Program-made: the position numbers and the translations under genes
Notes under the pieces: model-generated
What the model was told of the DNA's origin: nothing
What the model saw: the letters and a program-made list of their open reading frames with translations, nothing else
The model's database searches: none
Shown: positions 51,381 to 64,000 of the stretch, in pieces
How the letters are laid out: the number at the start of each line of letters is the position of its first letter
Numbering within the stretch: position 1 is the stretch's first letter
From: Octopus bimaculoides
Lineage: Eukaryota
Reading direction: 5' to 3'
DNA: 64,000 nt
Assembly (NCBI RefSeq): GCF_001194135.2
Contig: NC_068987.1
Span: forward strand, 76,076,848 to 76,140,847

Positions 51381-52156
51381 CATAACAGAGACTATTTTCA
51401 TGTCATCGTGACATGCACAAAATATAGCGTATATAGAGTACCTTTAAATCTTTTATATTTTAACAATAATAAAATCAAATGACTCCACGTTACTAAGAGC
51501 TTCAAATCCCTTTTGGGCATTTAAGCTCGCTACCGTCAGATTTCGTTGACATTTAAGCACAACGGAAGTTGCCCTAATTTCAACTTGTGATATGAACGTT
51601 TAGGGTAAGATAGAAATGTCTATAATTATCGTTTATTATTTTTCTAATCTTAACTATAATTGTGCTGAAGAGGAGATTAGGTGTTGATGAGCCCTTAAAG
51701 TCAACTCGCAATTAATTATAATGTAAAAGAGAAATGGAAATAAAATATAGCTAAACAATAAATTATTGATGGAACACAGCTTGATAAAAAGAATTAAAAG
51801 ATAAAAAGCAAAAACAATGCACCAGTTAAGAAAAAGGGAAAGATATGAGAAAGAAAATAAAAAGGGAGAGGTCAAAGTTCAAAGCAAATATAAAAAGACA
51901 GAATTGCTAAAACCATACCTATGCACAATGCACCGAAATGGCCTTGACCATTCAAATGACCATTCAATCAATGGCTAATGAGAGACTATGGTAATCTTGT
52001 TGGTATCACTTCCTGTGTGGTTTATCATGCTTAATCTTTCTTCATATATATATATCTGTGTGTGTGCGTGCGCGCACGCACGCGTAATTATATATATATA
52101 TATATATATATACTAAATCATGATAAATCCCAGAAAGGGATGGAAACACTAAATAT

Positions 52157-52221
<65 letters not shown>

Positions 52222-52979
52222 AGTCAGTAAATAGTGGGGTTGTGTTAACCGCACGTGGAGAAATAATAGGAAAATGTAAAAAAGCCAGAATGCTGAACTG
52301 GGAGCATAATTTAATGAAGATTTTTTCTAACCGGTTTTCATTGCGATGAAGCAAATTATCAAGAAGGAGAATGAAAATGTTTTTTTACAAAGAAGTACAA
52401 AAAAGTACAAAATGAAGAAAATAATATATAAAACAATAATATATAAAAAAAATAAATATACCCATACNNNNNNNNNNNNNNNNNNNNNNNNNNNNNNNNN
52501 NNNNNNNNNNNNNNNNNNNNNNNNNNNNNNNNNNNNNNNNNNNNNNNNNNNNNNNNNNNNNNNNNNNNNNNNNNNNNNNNNNNNNNNNNNNNNNNNNNNN
52601 NNNNNNNNNNNNNNNNNNNNNNNNNNNNNNNNNNNNNNNNNNNNNNNNNNNNNNNNNNNNNNNNNNNNNNNNNNNNNNNNNNNNNNNNNNNNNNNNNNNN
52701 NNNNNNNNNNNNNNNNNNNNNNNNNNNNNNNNNNNNNNNNNNNNNNNNNNNNNNNNNNNNNNNNNNNNNNNNNNNNNNNNNNNNNNNNNNNNNNNNNNNN
52801 NNNNNNNNNNNNNNNNNNNNNNNNNNNNNNNNNNNNNNNNNNNNNNNNNNNNNNNNNNNNNNNNNNNNNNNNNNNNNNNNNNNNNNNNNNNNNNNNNNNN
52901 NNNNNNNNNNNNNNNNNNNNNNNNNNNNNNNNNNNNNNNNNNNNNNNNNNNNNNNNNNNNNNNNNNNNNNNNNNNNNTG

Positions 52980-53320
52980 TTCCTTATGGACAGCTACTCT
53001 TCTACGTAATGGGAGGCTCGTCTGTCCGATATAGAAGTTTTGGCAACCTGCGCAAGTAAGGACATAAATGAGGTTACTCTAGGAACAAGAGAAATTGGTT
53101 TTAATTTTAAACTTTGTTCCTCGTTTGAAGGTAAATTCAGAGCCTCTCAACAATATCATTAATACACACAAAGTCCTTAAATGCAAAAGGCAACACAAAT
53201 CTTTGAAAACATTATTAACCAATTCCAAACTACATACACCACTTCCACCCCCATCAGTTAAAAAATGTGCACGCCCTAATTGTGGCACCTGCCCTTACCT
53301 ACTTGAAGGCTCTACTTGAA
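52980..53320 (+). mobile_element. Penelope-like fragment (linker and Cys motif before GIY-YIG)
   Basis: KCKRQHKSLKTLLTNSKLHTPLPPPSVKKCARPNCGTCPYLLEGST is homologous to KKCDRLNCGTC at about 39800-39860. Confidence 0.8.
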
Positions 53321-53841
53321 GCACAGTGCATTTGTCGCTATTATCTTCACCATACTCGTTTAATACCATCTGACCCAAACAAGTTGATTTTAGTCTCGTC
53401 AGAAAAAATAATTTTATTCCCAAACCCCTTACCCATACACACATAGGTTTCGGTAAAAGAAAGACGACTTGATTTATGCCTTGTAGTGAGGAGAGGTTTC
53501 TGACGAGGAATGCGTCCATAAAGATCACACTGGTTCAAACTTCGGCAAACTGTTTGGACGGATACACTCTTTCCACTAACAAGAAACGCTTCTTGGGCCA
53601 TCACGCAACGTTGGATGTGGCGAATATCACGTGCAGTTAAAATAGAAGGACGACCTGGACTATGTTTATTGCTCAGCCGTCCAGTAGCTTTGTACTTCTA
53701 AATTACTTGGACAACTCTCTTTATGTTAATATGTATTCATTTGCTAATTAACTTGTATCCTAAACCATTCTTATGCAAAATTTAAAATAATTTTCTTCAA
53801 ATCTTCAAATCTTCAGACAATTCTTTTCCTTTTGGTGCCAT
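53320..53841 (-). pseudogene. Tc1-family transposase pseudogene, N-terminal half
   Basis: MAPKGKELSEDL...LHKNGLGYKLISK...PGRPSILTARDIRHIQR...VSVQTVCRSL...GRIPRQKPLLTTRHKSSRLSF...IIFSDETKINLFGSDGIKRVW. Confidence 0.92.
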
Positions 53842-54029
53842 TTTAATCACAGAGAAGATTTTCACTTTGGTAAACAAATCAGAATTCCTGCAGATGCAAT
53901 AGCAATGGCCGGTGCAAAAATTCTAGGAGAAATTTATCAGAATTGAAATTATTACCAATATCTGAATATAGTAAAAAAAAACAACAAAAAAAACTGGATA
54001 GCAGAGACATTTAGGAGCATTGTGGAAAG

Positions 54030-54265
54030 ACTAAATGACAATTTGAGACAATATGACGAGAAAAGACAGTCCTCGATACGCTACCAACATGCCAAGGACC
54101 AACTTGGAGGCAACCGGGGTCAACTTGACATCCGCATTTTTATCCAAGCACTCAAAGGACCCAACACTCACACAAATACAGGAGTACGTCCTCATAAATG
54201 AAACATCCCCAGTACTAAATAGAAAGTATACGTAGTAGGTAATCATACCCCCATGCCCACAGTTT
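54030..54265 (+). mobile_element. Penelope-like GIY-YIG C-terminal fragment ending at (TA)n
   Basis: YQHAKDQLGGN...LSKHSKDPTLTQIQEYVLINETSPVLNRKYT* matches the R.I.E...I...P.LN end motif. Confidence 0.65.
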
Positions 54266-55618
54266 ATATATATATATATATNNNNNNNNNNNNNNNNNNN
54301 NNNNNNNNNNNNNNNNNNNNNNNNNNNNNNNNNNNNNNNNNNNNNNNNNNNNNNNNNNNNNNNNNNNNNNNNNNNNNNNNNNNNNNNNNNNNNNNNNNNN
54401 NNNNNNNNNNNNNNNNNNNNNNNNNNNNNNNNNNNNNNNNNNNNNNNNNNNNNNNNNNNNNNNNNNNNNNNNNNNNNNNNNNNNNNNNNNNNNNNNNNNN
54501 NNNNNNNNNNNNNNNNNNNNNNNNNNNNNNNNNNNNNNNNNNNNNNNNNNNNNNNNNNNNNNNNNNNNNNNNNNNNNNNNNNNNNNNNNNNNNNNNNNNN
54601 NNNNNNNNNNNNNNNNNNNNNNNNNNNNNNNNNNNNNNNNNNNNNNNNNNCGTGACCAAGGCTGTATGAAGAGAAAGAGTAGCAGAGAGAAAAGGAGGGG
54701 AGGAAGTAGAATAAAAGTGAGCAACGAGAGGTAGAGAGAGAGAGAGATAGTAGTAGTAACGGTGAGAGGCGAAGGACGAGTAACAAGAGATAGAGAGAGA
54801 GGGGGAGAGAGAAGTAGTGACAGGTAGAGGCGAAGAACAGTAGAGGGAAGAATGAGAGGGGGAGATAGAAATAGAGAGAGTCGCGTTAGAAAAATAGTTA
54901 AAAACTTACTGTATAAAGGTAACGCGTGCATTCTGTCGTGATACAAACAATATATGAGTATATGCATATATATGTACATATTTAGTAGGCTGTTATGTAG
55001 ATGGTAATATAAATCTTATATCAAATGGAGTTATGCTTAACTCGTGATACAAATTGATTAATGGAGTGAGTGTATTGTATCCTATGTTTGGGATGTGATG
55101 TATTAAATAATAATTGGTTATTCTCTGTACTCTTAAATTGATAGATGTTCTGCATTATAAGCATGAGATAGACTTTCTACATATATATNNNNNNNNNNNN
55201 NNNNNNNNNNNNNNNNNNNNNNNNNNNNNNNNNNNNNNNNNNNNNNNNNNNNNNNNNNNNNNNNNNNNNNNNNNNNNNNNNNNNNNNNNNNNNNNNNNNN
55301 NNNNNNNNNNNNNTATATATATATATATATATATCCATTTATTTGTGTGTGTGTGCGTGCACAAGCGTTTATAATATCTTATCATCTATAACTTGCTTTG
55401 CCTTGGTTGGGCTTTTCCACTTCTTCGAACGTTGCTTAAGTAAATATTCTAGTTCGGTTCAGCGGTTGTGTAGCGGATTGTGATTACTTGAATTCGAATA
55501 TTGAACATGTTTAAGAAAGTTAAAATACCTTGAAATAATTGTTTCTACGGTAAGACCATATTTCCAAATTAGAATTACGTTTGACTAAATAAATACGTGT
55601 AATATATTTTATGGATTG

Positions 55619-55815
55619 AGGGCGGCGAGCTGGCAGAAACGTTAGCACGCCGGGCGAAATGCTTAGTGGTATTTCGTCTGACGTTACATTCTGAGTTCAA
55701 ATTTCGTCGACTTTGTCTTTCATAATGTCGGAGTCGATGAGATAAGAACCAGTTACGCACTGGGGTCGATGTCCCCCATGTGTTTAGCCCCCTGTGGGCA
55801 ATGAAGAAATAAATA
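55619..55815 (+). mobile_element. SINE family B monomer (type-1 tail)
   Basis: ggcggcgagctggcagaaacgttagcacgccgggcg...gagttcaaatt...tgtgtttagccccctgtgggcaatgaagaaataa. Confidence 0.92.
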
Positions 55816-56003
55816 TATTTTATGGTTTCTACAACTGAATTCTCGTATTACTTAATACTATCCTGTGCAGAGTTTTATTTAAATCATCTTTCTTTTATTC
55901 AATAACCGCAGTTATTCGTACGTACGTATGTACGTAGACAAATGCAGGTATATCAAATACCATGTAATATGAATTTTTGACTTATTGCAATTATCTCTAG
56001 ACG

Positions 56004-56390
56004 AGGCGCAGACGTGGTAAGAAGCTAGCTTCCCAACCACATGGTTCGGGATTCAGTCCAACTGCGTAGCACTTAGGGCAAGTTTTTACCGACTGTATCT
56101 TCGGGCCGAGACTAAAGCCTCGTGAGTGGGTTTGATAGATGGAAACTGAAAGGAGCCCATTGTGTGTGTGTTTGTGTGTGGGTGTGTGTTTGTCCTCCGC
56201 CACCACTCGACAACCAGTGTTGGTTTGTTTACGTCTCCGTAACTTAGCGGTTCGGCAAAAAGAGAAGGGTGGAATGAGTACCAGACATAAAATATAAGTA
56301 CTGCGATCGATTTATTCGACTAAAAGTTCTACCTTATGCTCCAGCATGACCGTAGTCTTATCACTGAAGTAATTGAAAAAGAAAATAAAG
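56004..56390 (+). mobile_element. Full-length SINE family A
   Basis: aggcgcagacgtggtaagaagctagcttcccaaccacatggttcggg...(tg)n...ccagcatgaccgtagtc. Confidence 0.9.
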
Positions 56391-57234
56391 GATGTATAAT
56401 AATTACCAAATTTTCAATTGAGACCAGCTCCGCTTCACGAGGGCAGACAATCTCGATATTCAAGAGGTCTTCAAGAAGACATGCTATGAAGGAAAGGGAT
56501 GGCTATATTGTCTGAAGATATGACGAAGGTCGCGAACACGTGTTTCTGGCTTGATATCCGTCATCAGTACGGCAATTGTCTGATTTTATCTCAAGAAGCC
56601 AAGAGACTTAGTCTTATACAAAAAAGAAAGTTGAATACATTTATGGCCTAGTCATACACCTACACATACATATGTGTGTGGATGTGTGGATGTGTGCGTG
56701 TCTTTCTGCTTGCCACCACTACAGCTTGACAACTAGTGTTGGTTTGTGTAGGTCCCTGTAACTTAGCTGATTGATTTCAAAAGAGACTGATAACTGAAAG
56801 ATTAAGTATCAAAATCCCCCATACCTGCGGAACATGATGGACTATGAGCTATAACGAACCTTGAACTTCGTACCTTGCAACACATTTTCCTGCATCAAAT
56901 TTTCTCTGCCTATCCACATAAAAGTTTCCTGCTTATATATTCTCCTACTTATGCACTTTATATGTTGTCTCCAATGCCGGAATACCATTGATCAATTACC
57001 TGGTATAGCCCAGAAACAGCTGTAAGACCCTATTATATCATTTTATTTTTGCTTACTTCGCTTCATCATTAAACTAATTTGAATGAACTGATAAGCTTGT
57101 CTTACCTTGATTTTGTTTTCCTCTTCTTTAAATTATACCTGCTTAGTCGGAGGTAGGCTACGGATCACCGGTTCTCTTCCCACTGGACAATGGCTAGCAC
57201 AACTCCATATATATGCTGCTCACGTGCAATATCA

Positions 57235-57620
57235 TAGCTGAGTGGCTGTGTTGTAAGTAGCTTACTTACCAACTACATGGGTCCGGGTTCAGTCCCACTG
57301 CGTGGTACCTTGGGCAAGTGTCCTCTACAATAGCCTCGGGCCAACCAAAGCCTTGTGAGTGGATTTGGTAGACGGAAACTGAAAGAAGCCAGTCGTTATG
57401 TATGTATATATATGTGTGCATATGTTTGTGCGTCGATGTTTGTCCTCCCACCATCACTTGACAACCGATGTTGGTGTGTTTACGCCCCCGTAAATTAGCG
57501 GTTCGGCATAAAAGACCGATAGAATAGGTACTAGGCTTACAAAGAATAAATTCAGCTAAAGGCAGTGCTCCAGCATGGCTGCAGTCAAATGACTGAAACA
57601 AATAAAAGAATAAAAGAATA
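57235..57620 (+). mobile_element. Full-length SINE family A
   Basis: Box A-like tggctgtgttgt, box B ggttcagtccc (57286-57296), internal microsatellite, (TAAAAGAA)n tail. Confidence 0.93.
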
Positions 57621-58959
57621 TATATATAAAATTATGTATACATATCTGTATGTATGTAAGTATGCATGTATGTATGCATGCATGTCTGTCTGTCTGTCTG
57701 TCTGAATGTATGTATGTATGTATTATGTATGTGTGTATTATGTATGTATGCGTGCATGCATGTACAAATATATATGAGGGAAGATTATGCACGGACAAGA
57801 GATAAAACACATAGGAAAAGATACAAACACGGTAACCATATTCTTTCAGAGCATCAAAAGAGTTACTCATTGCCTCCAAACAAATAAGGAAATTTGCTCC
57901 ATGTATTGAGTACTTAATCTCCCGTTCCTACCATTCAAAGACGCATGCACGAATACATACAGAAACACATACAGAGAGAGAGAGGTCTAAAACAGATGGT
58001 CAGGCAGACTCGACTGAACTTTTCTAGAAACATTTCACGAGGCGCCAGAGAACTAAGTGAGCCAACAAAGTCGCTCAAGTTTCATCCAATTCAGCGAATC
58101 ATCTATGAGACGCGAGCGTCGCAGAGCATGAGAAAAAAAAATCACTGGTCTGAATATATTCACATCCCTAACGTCATTTATGGCTATTTAGAGACCTAAA
58201 AAAATAGATAAATAAAAGTGGCAGTTTCACTACTCCCCCCCCCCATTGCAATTCTATTTTATTTTCTGGTCTTGTGCCTAAATACGAAATTAATTATCTC
58301 CCACTGAGTTAAGAGAGCAATAGACACTTTAACATCCGGCCACTTTTTATTAAGATACACAGATAAACGCAAAGAAATAAAAACAAAATAGAAAATAGTA
58401 AGTTAGTTAAAGCGTACATCCGGGCTCTAGTGGGTAATTTATTAAGTTGACAGTTTTCGCTTAACTCTTAGGAAACGGCTGGTTTCCTTTATTTGCTCGG
58501 TGACGTGGTAACGGCATGCATGTAAAATGGAAACTTCACTTCGGAAACTTCTTTTTNNNNNNNNNNNNNNNNNNNNNNNNNNNNNNNNNNNNNNNNNNNN
58601 NNNNNNNNNNNNNNNNNNNNNNNNNNNNNNNNNNNNNNNNNNNNNNNNNNNNNNNNNNNNNNNNNNNNNNNNNNNNNNNNNNNNNNNNNNNNNNNNNNNN
58701 NNNNNNNNNNNNNNNNNNNNNNNNNNNNNNNNNNNNNNNNNNNNNNNNNNNNNNNNNNNNNNNNNNNNNNNNNNNNNNNNNNNNNNNNNNNNNNNNNNNN
58801 NNNNNNNNNNNNNNNNNNNNNNNNNNNNNNNNNNNNNNNNNNNNNNNNNNNNNNNNNNNNNNNNNNNNNNNNNNNNNNNNNNNNNNNNNNNNNNNNNNNN
58901 NNNNNNNNNNNNNNNNNNNNNNNNNNNNNNNNNNNNNNNNNNNNNNNNNNNNNNNNNNN

Positions 58960-58991
<32 letters not shown>

Positions 58992-59309
58992 GCGTGTGTA
59001 TTTTAGGCGTTGAGTAGAAATATCTGGGAATGCAGTAAAACAATTTGGAGAACGGAAGAATCTGAAGTCAAGCACCCTTGACACGTGGGTATCCTTCTAG
59101 TGGAAAGGTCTCGGAGAAAACCGTCTCCTATAAAATTTTGCTTTCGTTTTCTTTTCTAATAAGACATTTCCCAGACTTTGATCTTTGACACAATTCAAGC
59201 CATCATTCGATTTTTGGCAAGGACCTGCTATTATATTATGTCTTAAATTGGTGTTTACCATATCCAATATAAATTTGAAACTATTAATAATTAAGTTATT
59301 ATATTTTAT

Positions 59310-59570
59310 GTATGTCTTATAATTGCGGGTAACAGTGTATATATATTAGTACGACCGACATAGGAGAAACAACCCAAAGAATAGAAATGTACACTGGTGT
59401 GATTATAGAGAAAAGAAACTAATCTCATTGTTCCGACTAGTAATGTTGCTAACATGTGGTCAGTAACAATATGGGAGTAGAAAACCTTTTCAAGCTTTCG
59501 TAGGATCCGACACTCCATCAAGTTGCTGAATCCATTTACATACAAGAAGACAGGTCCGTTTCTTAAGAGT
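59310..59570 (+). mobile_element. Degenerate Penelope-like GIY-YIG fragment
   Basis: DPTLHQVAESIYIQEDRS parallels DPTLTQIQEYVLINETSP at 54160-54215. Confidence 0.5.
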
Positions 59571-60056
59571 TAAACGAAAACTGTCAACGTAATCAACTAC
59601 TCACTAGAACCCGGATGTGTGTATGTATGGGAACTTAACCGTCAGCACTGTGAGTAAGTGTTGAAAACGCTCAACGAAACAGAAATGCGCATCTAGCATT
59701 CCCACCAGCTGTTCCTTGGACAATTTTCGCATGCTTCCAATATTCTGTTTTTAAACACAATACGCTCATAAAAGTGATTATGTTCGAACGGATAGGTGTG
59801 TAAATTCAGTTTTCGTGATGCATTTATATTATATAGGATAAACAGATGGCTGTTTTATGTATGTATGTATGTATGTATGTATGTATGTATGTATGTATGT
59901 ATGCATGCATGCATGCATGTACGTATGTATGTATGTATGTATGCATACATGTATGTATGTGTTTATGTACGTATGTATTTATGTATGTATATGTATAGTG
60001 TTTTTCTTTCATAAGCAGTATGAAACATGAATACATACACACATACATACATAATT

Positions 60057-60172
<116 letters not shown>

Positions 60173-60671
60173 TGGGTTCTTATATATATGAAAATGTTCA
60201 TTTATTAGCTACACAATTTCTATGGCTCTTCAATAACCATTTTCTAGATTAACATGTGTTATAATGCAATGACAAATAAGTCATATAAAGATGACAGGTA
60301 AAAACATGTTGGTGACAAATATGACATACAGCAGTAACAGGTACATTAAAAAAAAACCTTCATAATAAATGATTTAGATCCTCACCAGAATTTAATACAG
60401 GAAACAAACATAAAACTAATCAAAATATATGAAATGAATTATTAAAACATGCACAATGACAATGGAGTTGTGAAAGATTTTGATATGAATTGGCCCGTCA
60501 GTCAGCCTATTAGAAAAACATGGTTAGAAGGCACATGACATACTCGTCGTTATCTACTCCAATCGTATTTTGCATCTTTTTTTTCTTTCTTTTTTTTTTT
60601 CAGTCATTGGCCTGTAGCCATGCTAGGGCACCGGTTTGAATGTTTTAGTTGAACAATTCGATCCCAGTAGA

Positions 60672-60696
60672 CATTATTATTATTATTATTATTATT

Positions 60697-60778
<82 letters not shown>
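60672..60778. repeat. (ATT)n-(GTT)n-(ATT)n compound microsatellite
   Basis: Read directly from the sequence. Confidence 0.97.
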
Positions 60779-60779
<1 letters not shown>

Positions 60780-60972
60780 GGTGGCGGAGCTTGGCAGAAT
60801 TGGAAGCACACCGAGCAAAATGCTGACATTCCGTCCGTCTGTACGTTCTGAGATCAAATTCCGCCGGGGTCGACTTTGCCGTTAATCCTTTGGGGTCGAT
60901 AAAATAAGTACAAGTTAAAGCACAGGGATCGATGTAATTGACTATCCTCTCCACAAATTTCAGCCCTTGTGA
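60779..60972 (+). mobile_element. SINE family B monomer (type-2 tail)
   Basis: aaggtggcggagcttggcagaat...gatcaaattccgccggggtcgactttgcc...caaatttcagcccttgtg. Confidence 0.85.
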
Positions 60973-61000
60973 TTATTATTATTACTATTGAGTGAGAGAG

Positions 61001-61050
<50 letters not shown>

Positions 61051-61057
61051 CATCATT

Positions 61058-61088
<31 letters not shown>

Positions 61089-61129
61089 AGGATTGACATA
61101 ACTCTTCACAAAGGTAAACAGTCAAGACA

Positions 61130-63040
61130 AAGAGCGCGATTCGATTGTAATAGATATTTTATTGGTTGAACGATATTTCGACAGTAAGTCTGTTTTGTCC
61201 AGTTCAAAATAAAAAGTGATAAAAATTCAAAATTATAGAAATTTAAATGTAAAGTATGAACAAGAGTAACCAACGTCCATACGTTGATGGAATGACATCA
61301 TCAGTCTTTTAAGTTTCAATTTTATAAAAGGTGAAACGAAAAAGACAGACAAAAGAAAACAGGAAAAAAGACTGAAAAAAGAGGAAAGAAAAAAGAGAAA
61401 AAGAAGAATATTTCATCAAGCAGTTTTGTATAAATTTGATGATATTCTCCTGTCATTTTATTCATTCCTCCAGGGCGTGATGTTACTAACCCGCAAACAT
61501 ATTTCTCCTCATGCTTTCTGAGAATATGCACTTTCAAGTCTTTTTCAAAATTGCAGTCGCTTGAAACGAAATATTCGGCAAGTTCTGTCGAACTACTGTT
61601 ATTGTGCCTGACATCGAATCTGTGCCCATTAAACCTTTTGTTTAATTGTTCTATTGTACAACCAACATAAATCAAGTTGTGTTTCGTGCATTCTGCCGTG
61701 TACACTAAATGGGAATTTCTACATGTCCCACCTTCTGTATAAATCATAACATTTCTGCTATGATTCCTGATGGAATTCACTTGACTCATGTGGTTGCACA
61801 ATGAACAGGGCTTACCTCTCTTGCGACTGTTTTTCAAGGCACAGCGTGCAGACACTCCAATGTTCGTTTTCTTAGAGTCAGAAATAGAAGTCAATAATTG
61901 TCTTATATTCTTAAGGCCACACTAAGCGGCTGAGGAAATATCTGTTTGAAAAGAGGATATTTTTCGCCATATGCTGGTAACTTTCATGCAACACTTTAGA
62001 AATGCCAGCGAAATTTCGGTGCCAGTTAATCACTAAAGGAATTCTGCCATCTATTGTATTGTGTTTGTTAAAATTATGTGTGAAGGTTTGACTGTCTTTG
62101 CTAATCTTATCTATTTCATTTGCAGTTTTCTTTAATCGTGATTCACTGTAACTGCGTTTGACATAATGATGAACAAAAGCATTTGCATGTTTCCAGTAAT
62201 CCCCTATGTCAGTACAAATCCATTTTATCCTCAGAAATTGGGATTTCGGATTTGACCGAATAATATGATGTAGATAATCGGAGCGGCGGTGTAGATAAAT
62301 GTGGGATGACGTGGGCTGGCAAAATAACTCTCACTATTCTGCCTCCGGAAAACTTGACTTTTGTGTCCAAAAATTCAACGCTAGTTTTTGAAAAACTAGA
62401 CGTAAATTTTATGTTGGAGATAAAGCCATAGTTTTTAGCATATCAGTCACAGAAATGCAAGAGTCCATTAAACTAACCTGTGATCCTTCCCAGACAAAAA
62501 ATACGTCATCAATGAACTGTAACCAGAGCACTAGTTCATGACCATGAAGAGATTTGAATGTCTTTAGTAACTGTATCCCGAATTTCATCATGAAGACATT
62601 AACGAAATTAACTGCTATGAGGCGCAACCCTTCGTCTGGTGGTAAAATCTTTGTCTAAACTTCATTGTGTTACTTTCTAACACAAACCTCAATAATCTAC
62701 AGAGAAAATTTGATGGAATACTTTTGTTTGACCGCTTTTCGAAGGCATCCATGCATGCTTCTTCTTCTTCATTGTGGTCAATATTGGGATATAAGGAAGA
62801 AATATCCACGGTTACCAAAAAACAGTTCTCGACACAGTCTCGGTGCTTTAAAAAGTTGTTGATTTTAGACACAAAATCAAAAGTATCCCGAATATAGGAA
62901 CTTGATCTTATTTTAAATTTTCGTTGCGTCTTGCAACCTTTTCAATAGTTGTTGGCACTAAAAGAGAATGACTCTCTCCAGACACAACAGAATATGCTTC
63001 AACACACGAACTCACATAAAGAATCTTTCAAAACAAATCC
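61130..63040 (-). mobile_element. Penelope-like retroelement, about 1.9 kb, 5'-truncated and frameshifted (RT + GIY-YIG + 3' LTR-like region)
   Basis: YIRDTLDFVSKINN...FLVTVDISSLYPNIDH; WLQFIDDVFFVWEG; SQFLRIKWIC; GKPCSLCNHM...TCRNSHLVYTAECTKHNLIYVGCTIEQLNKRFNGHRFDV. Degenerate hammerhead-like motifs at 61160-61210 and 61270-61305. Confidence 0.95.
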
Positions 63041-63047
63041 AAAAACG

Positions 63048-63105
<58 letters not shown>

Positions 63106-63855
63106 GCGTGTGTGTGAGTGCGTGTGCGAGTAAATATATATTTATAATCGTACTTATACATAAATAAACTTTGACGAATAAATGCATATATACAAAAATT
63201 GTATAGATACATAGATACTTACATACTTATTTACACACGTACATAATCTCACTACCGCCTAATTCGCTACTACTGTCATTGTTTCGTTCATCTGTTTTAC
63301 TGTCATCCTGATTGTCTCTGTTTATCATCGCCGTTGCTAAAATGACAAACACATGTATGTACATCTAGATTCTATTGTTTTGTCATTTCTTCACGCTATT
63401 ATTGTTAATATTCGTATAAGTGATGTTGCTGTCTGTGTTAAATAATTGCTTTTCTATGAGTAATTATTCTCATTAATTGAATAAATCGCATTTTTCTTTT
63501 TCGGAAGGAAGATTATTACTACAACAATTATGGCAAAAGAAAAAAACAATATATATATAAAAATGTCTCCCCTCCAATTAACAACCGAAGAAATGCTTGT
63601 TGAAGTGTATTGCCAATTCAACGATAGAGATATAACAAGAAACAAAATCATTTCTTTTAAATCCTTTAATCCGCCGCTAACCCTTTAGTTTTTAACGAAG
63701 TCCACTCAGATGAAAGCATTCAGACTCTATCTTCGGTTTATGGATAATTAGCTTCCACCAAGAGTCCTTGCAAAGGATCATACATATTGTCCTTTGTCCT
63801 CTGACTAAACCAGCGCTTCGCAAACAAGAAACATACCACCGCCACCCAATCTCGT

Positions 63856-64000
63856 TAAGGCGGCGATCTGGCAAAATCGTTACTGCGCCGGGCAAAATGC
63901 TTAGCAGCATTTCTTTTGGCTTTACGCTTTGAGTTTAAGTGTCGCCGAAGTCGACTTTGCCTGTCATCTTTTCGCGGTCGGTAAAATAAGTACCAGTTGA
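63856..64000 (+). mobile_element. SINE family B, runs off the window end
   Basis: aaggcggcgatctggcaaaatcgttactgcgccgggcaaaatgcttagc...gtcgactttgcctgtcatc...ggtaaaataagtaccagttga. Confidence 0.88.

Overview
AT-rich animal genomic DNA from a short-read draft assembly, with 19 N-gaps that mostly sit at microsatellites. The tRNA-derived SINE repertoire and extreme (TA)n/(CA)n/(TACA)n/(ATT)n density suggest an octopus-type cephalopod genome (inference). I found no intact protein-coding gene, rRNA, true tRNA or CRISPR array; almost all ORF-track entries are microsatellite or N-gap artefacts. The window is intronic or intergenic and is layered with: four tRNA-SINE families (labelled A-D here), decayed Tc1/mariner transposons, several Penelope-like element (PLE) fragments (RT, GIY-YIG and LTR-like pieces with hammerhead-ribozyme-like motifs), two RLE-type (R4/Dong-like) LINE 3' ends inside (TAA)n arrays, a Jockey/CR1-type LINE fragment, a gypsy-like RT relic and a foldback MITE carrying TTAGGG repeats. 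One 79-nt candidate minus-strand exon is at 12516-12594. The best leads are the non-canonical PLE hammerhead motifs, the telomere-repeat MITE with an 8-bp TSD, and modular or dimeric SINEs mobilised as units.
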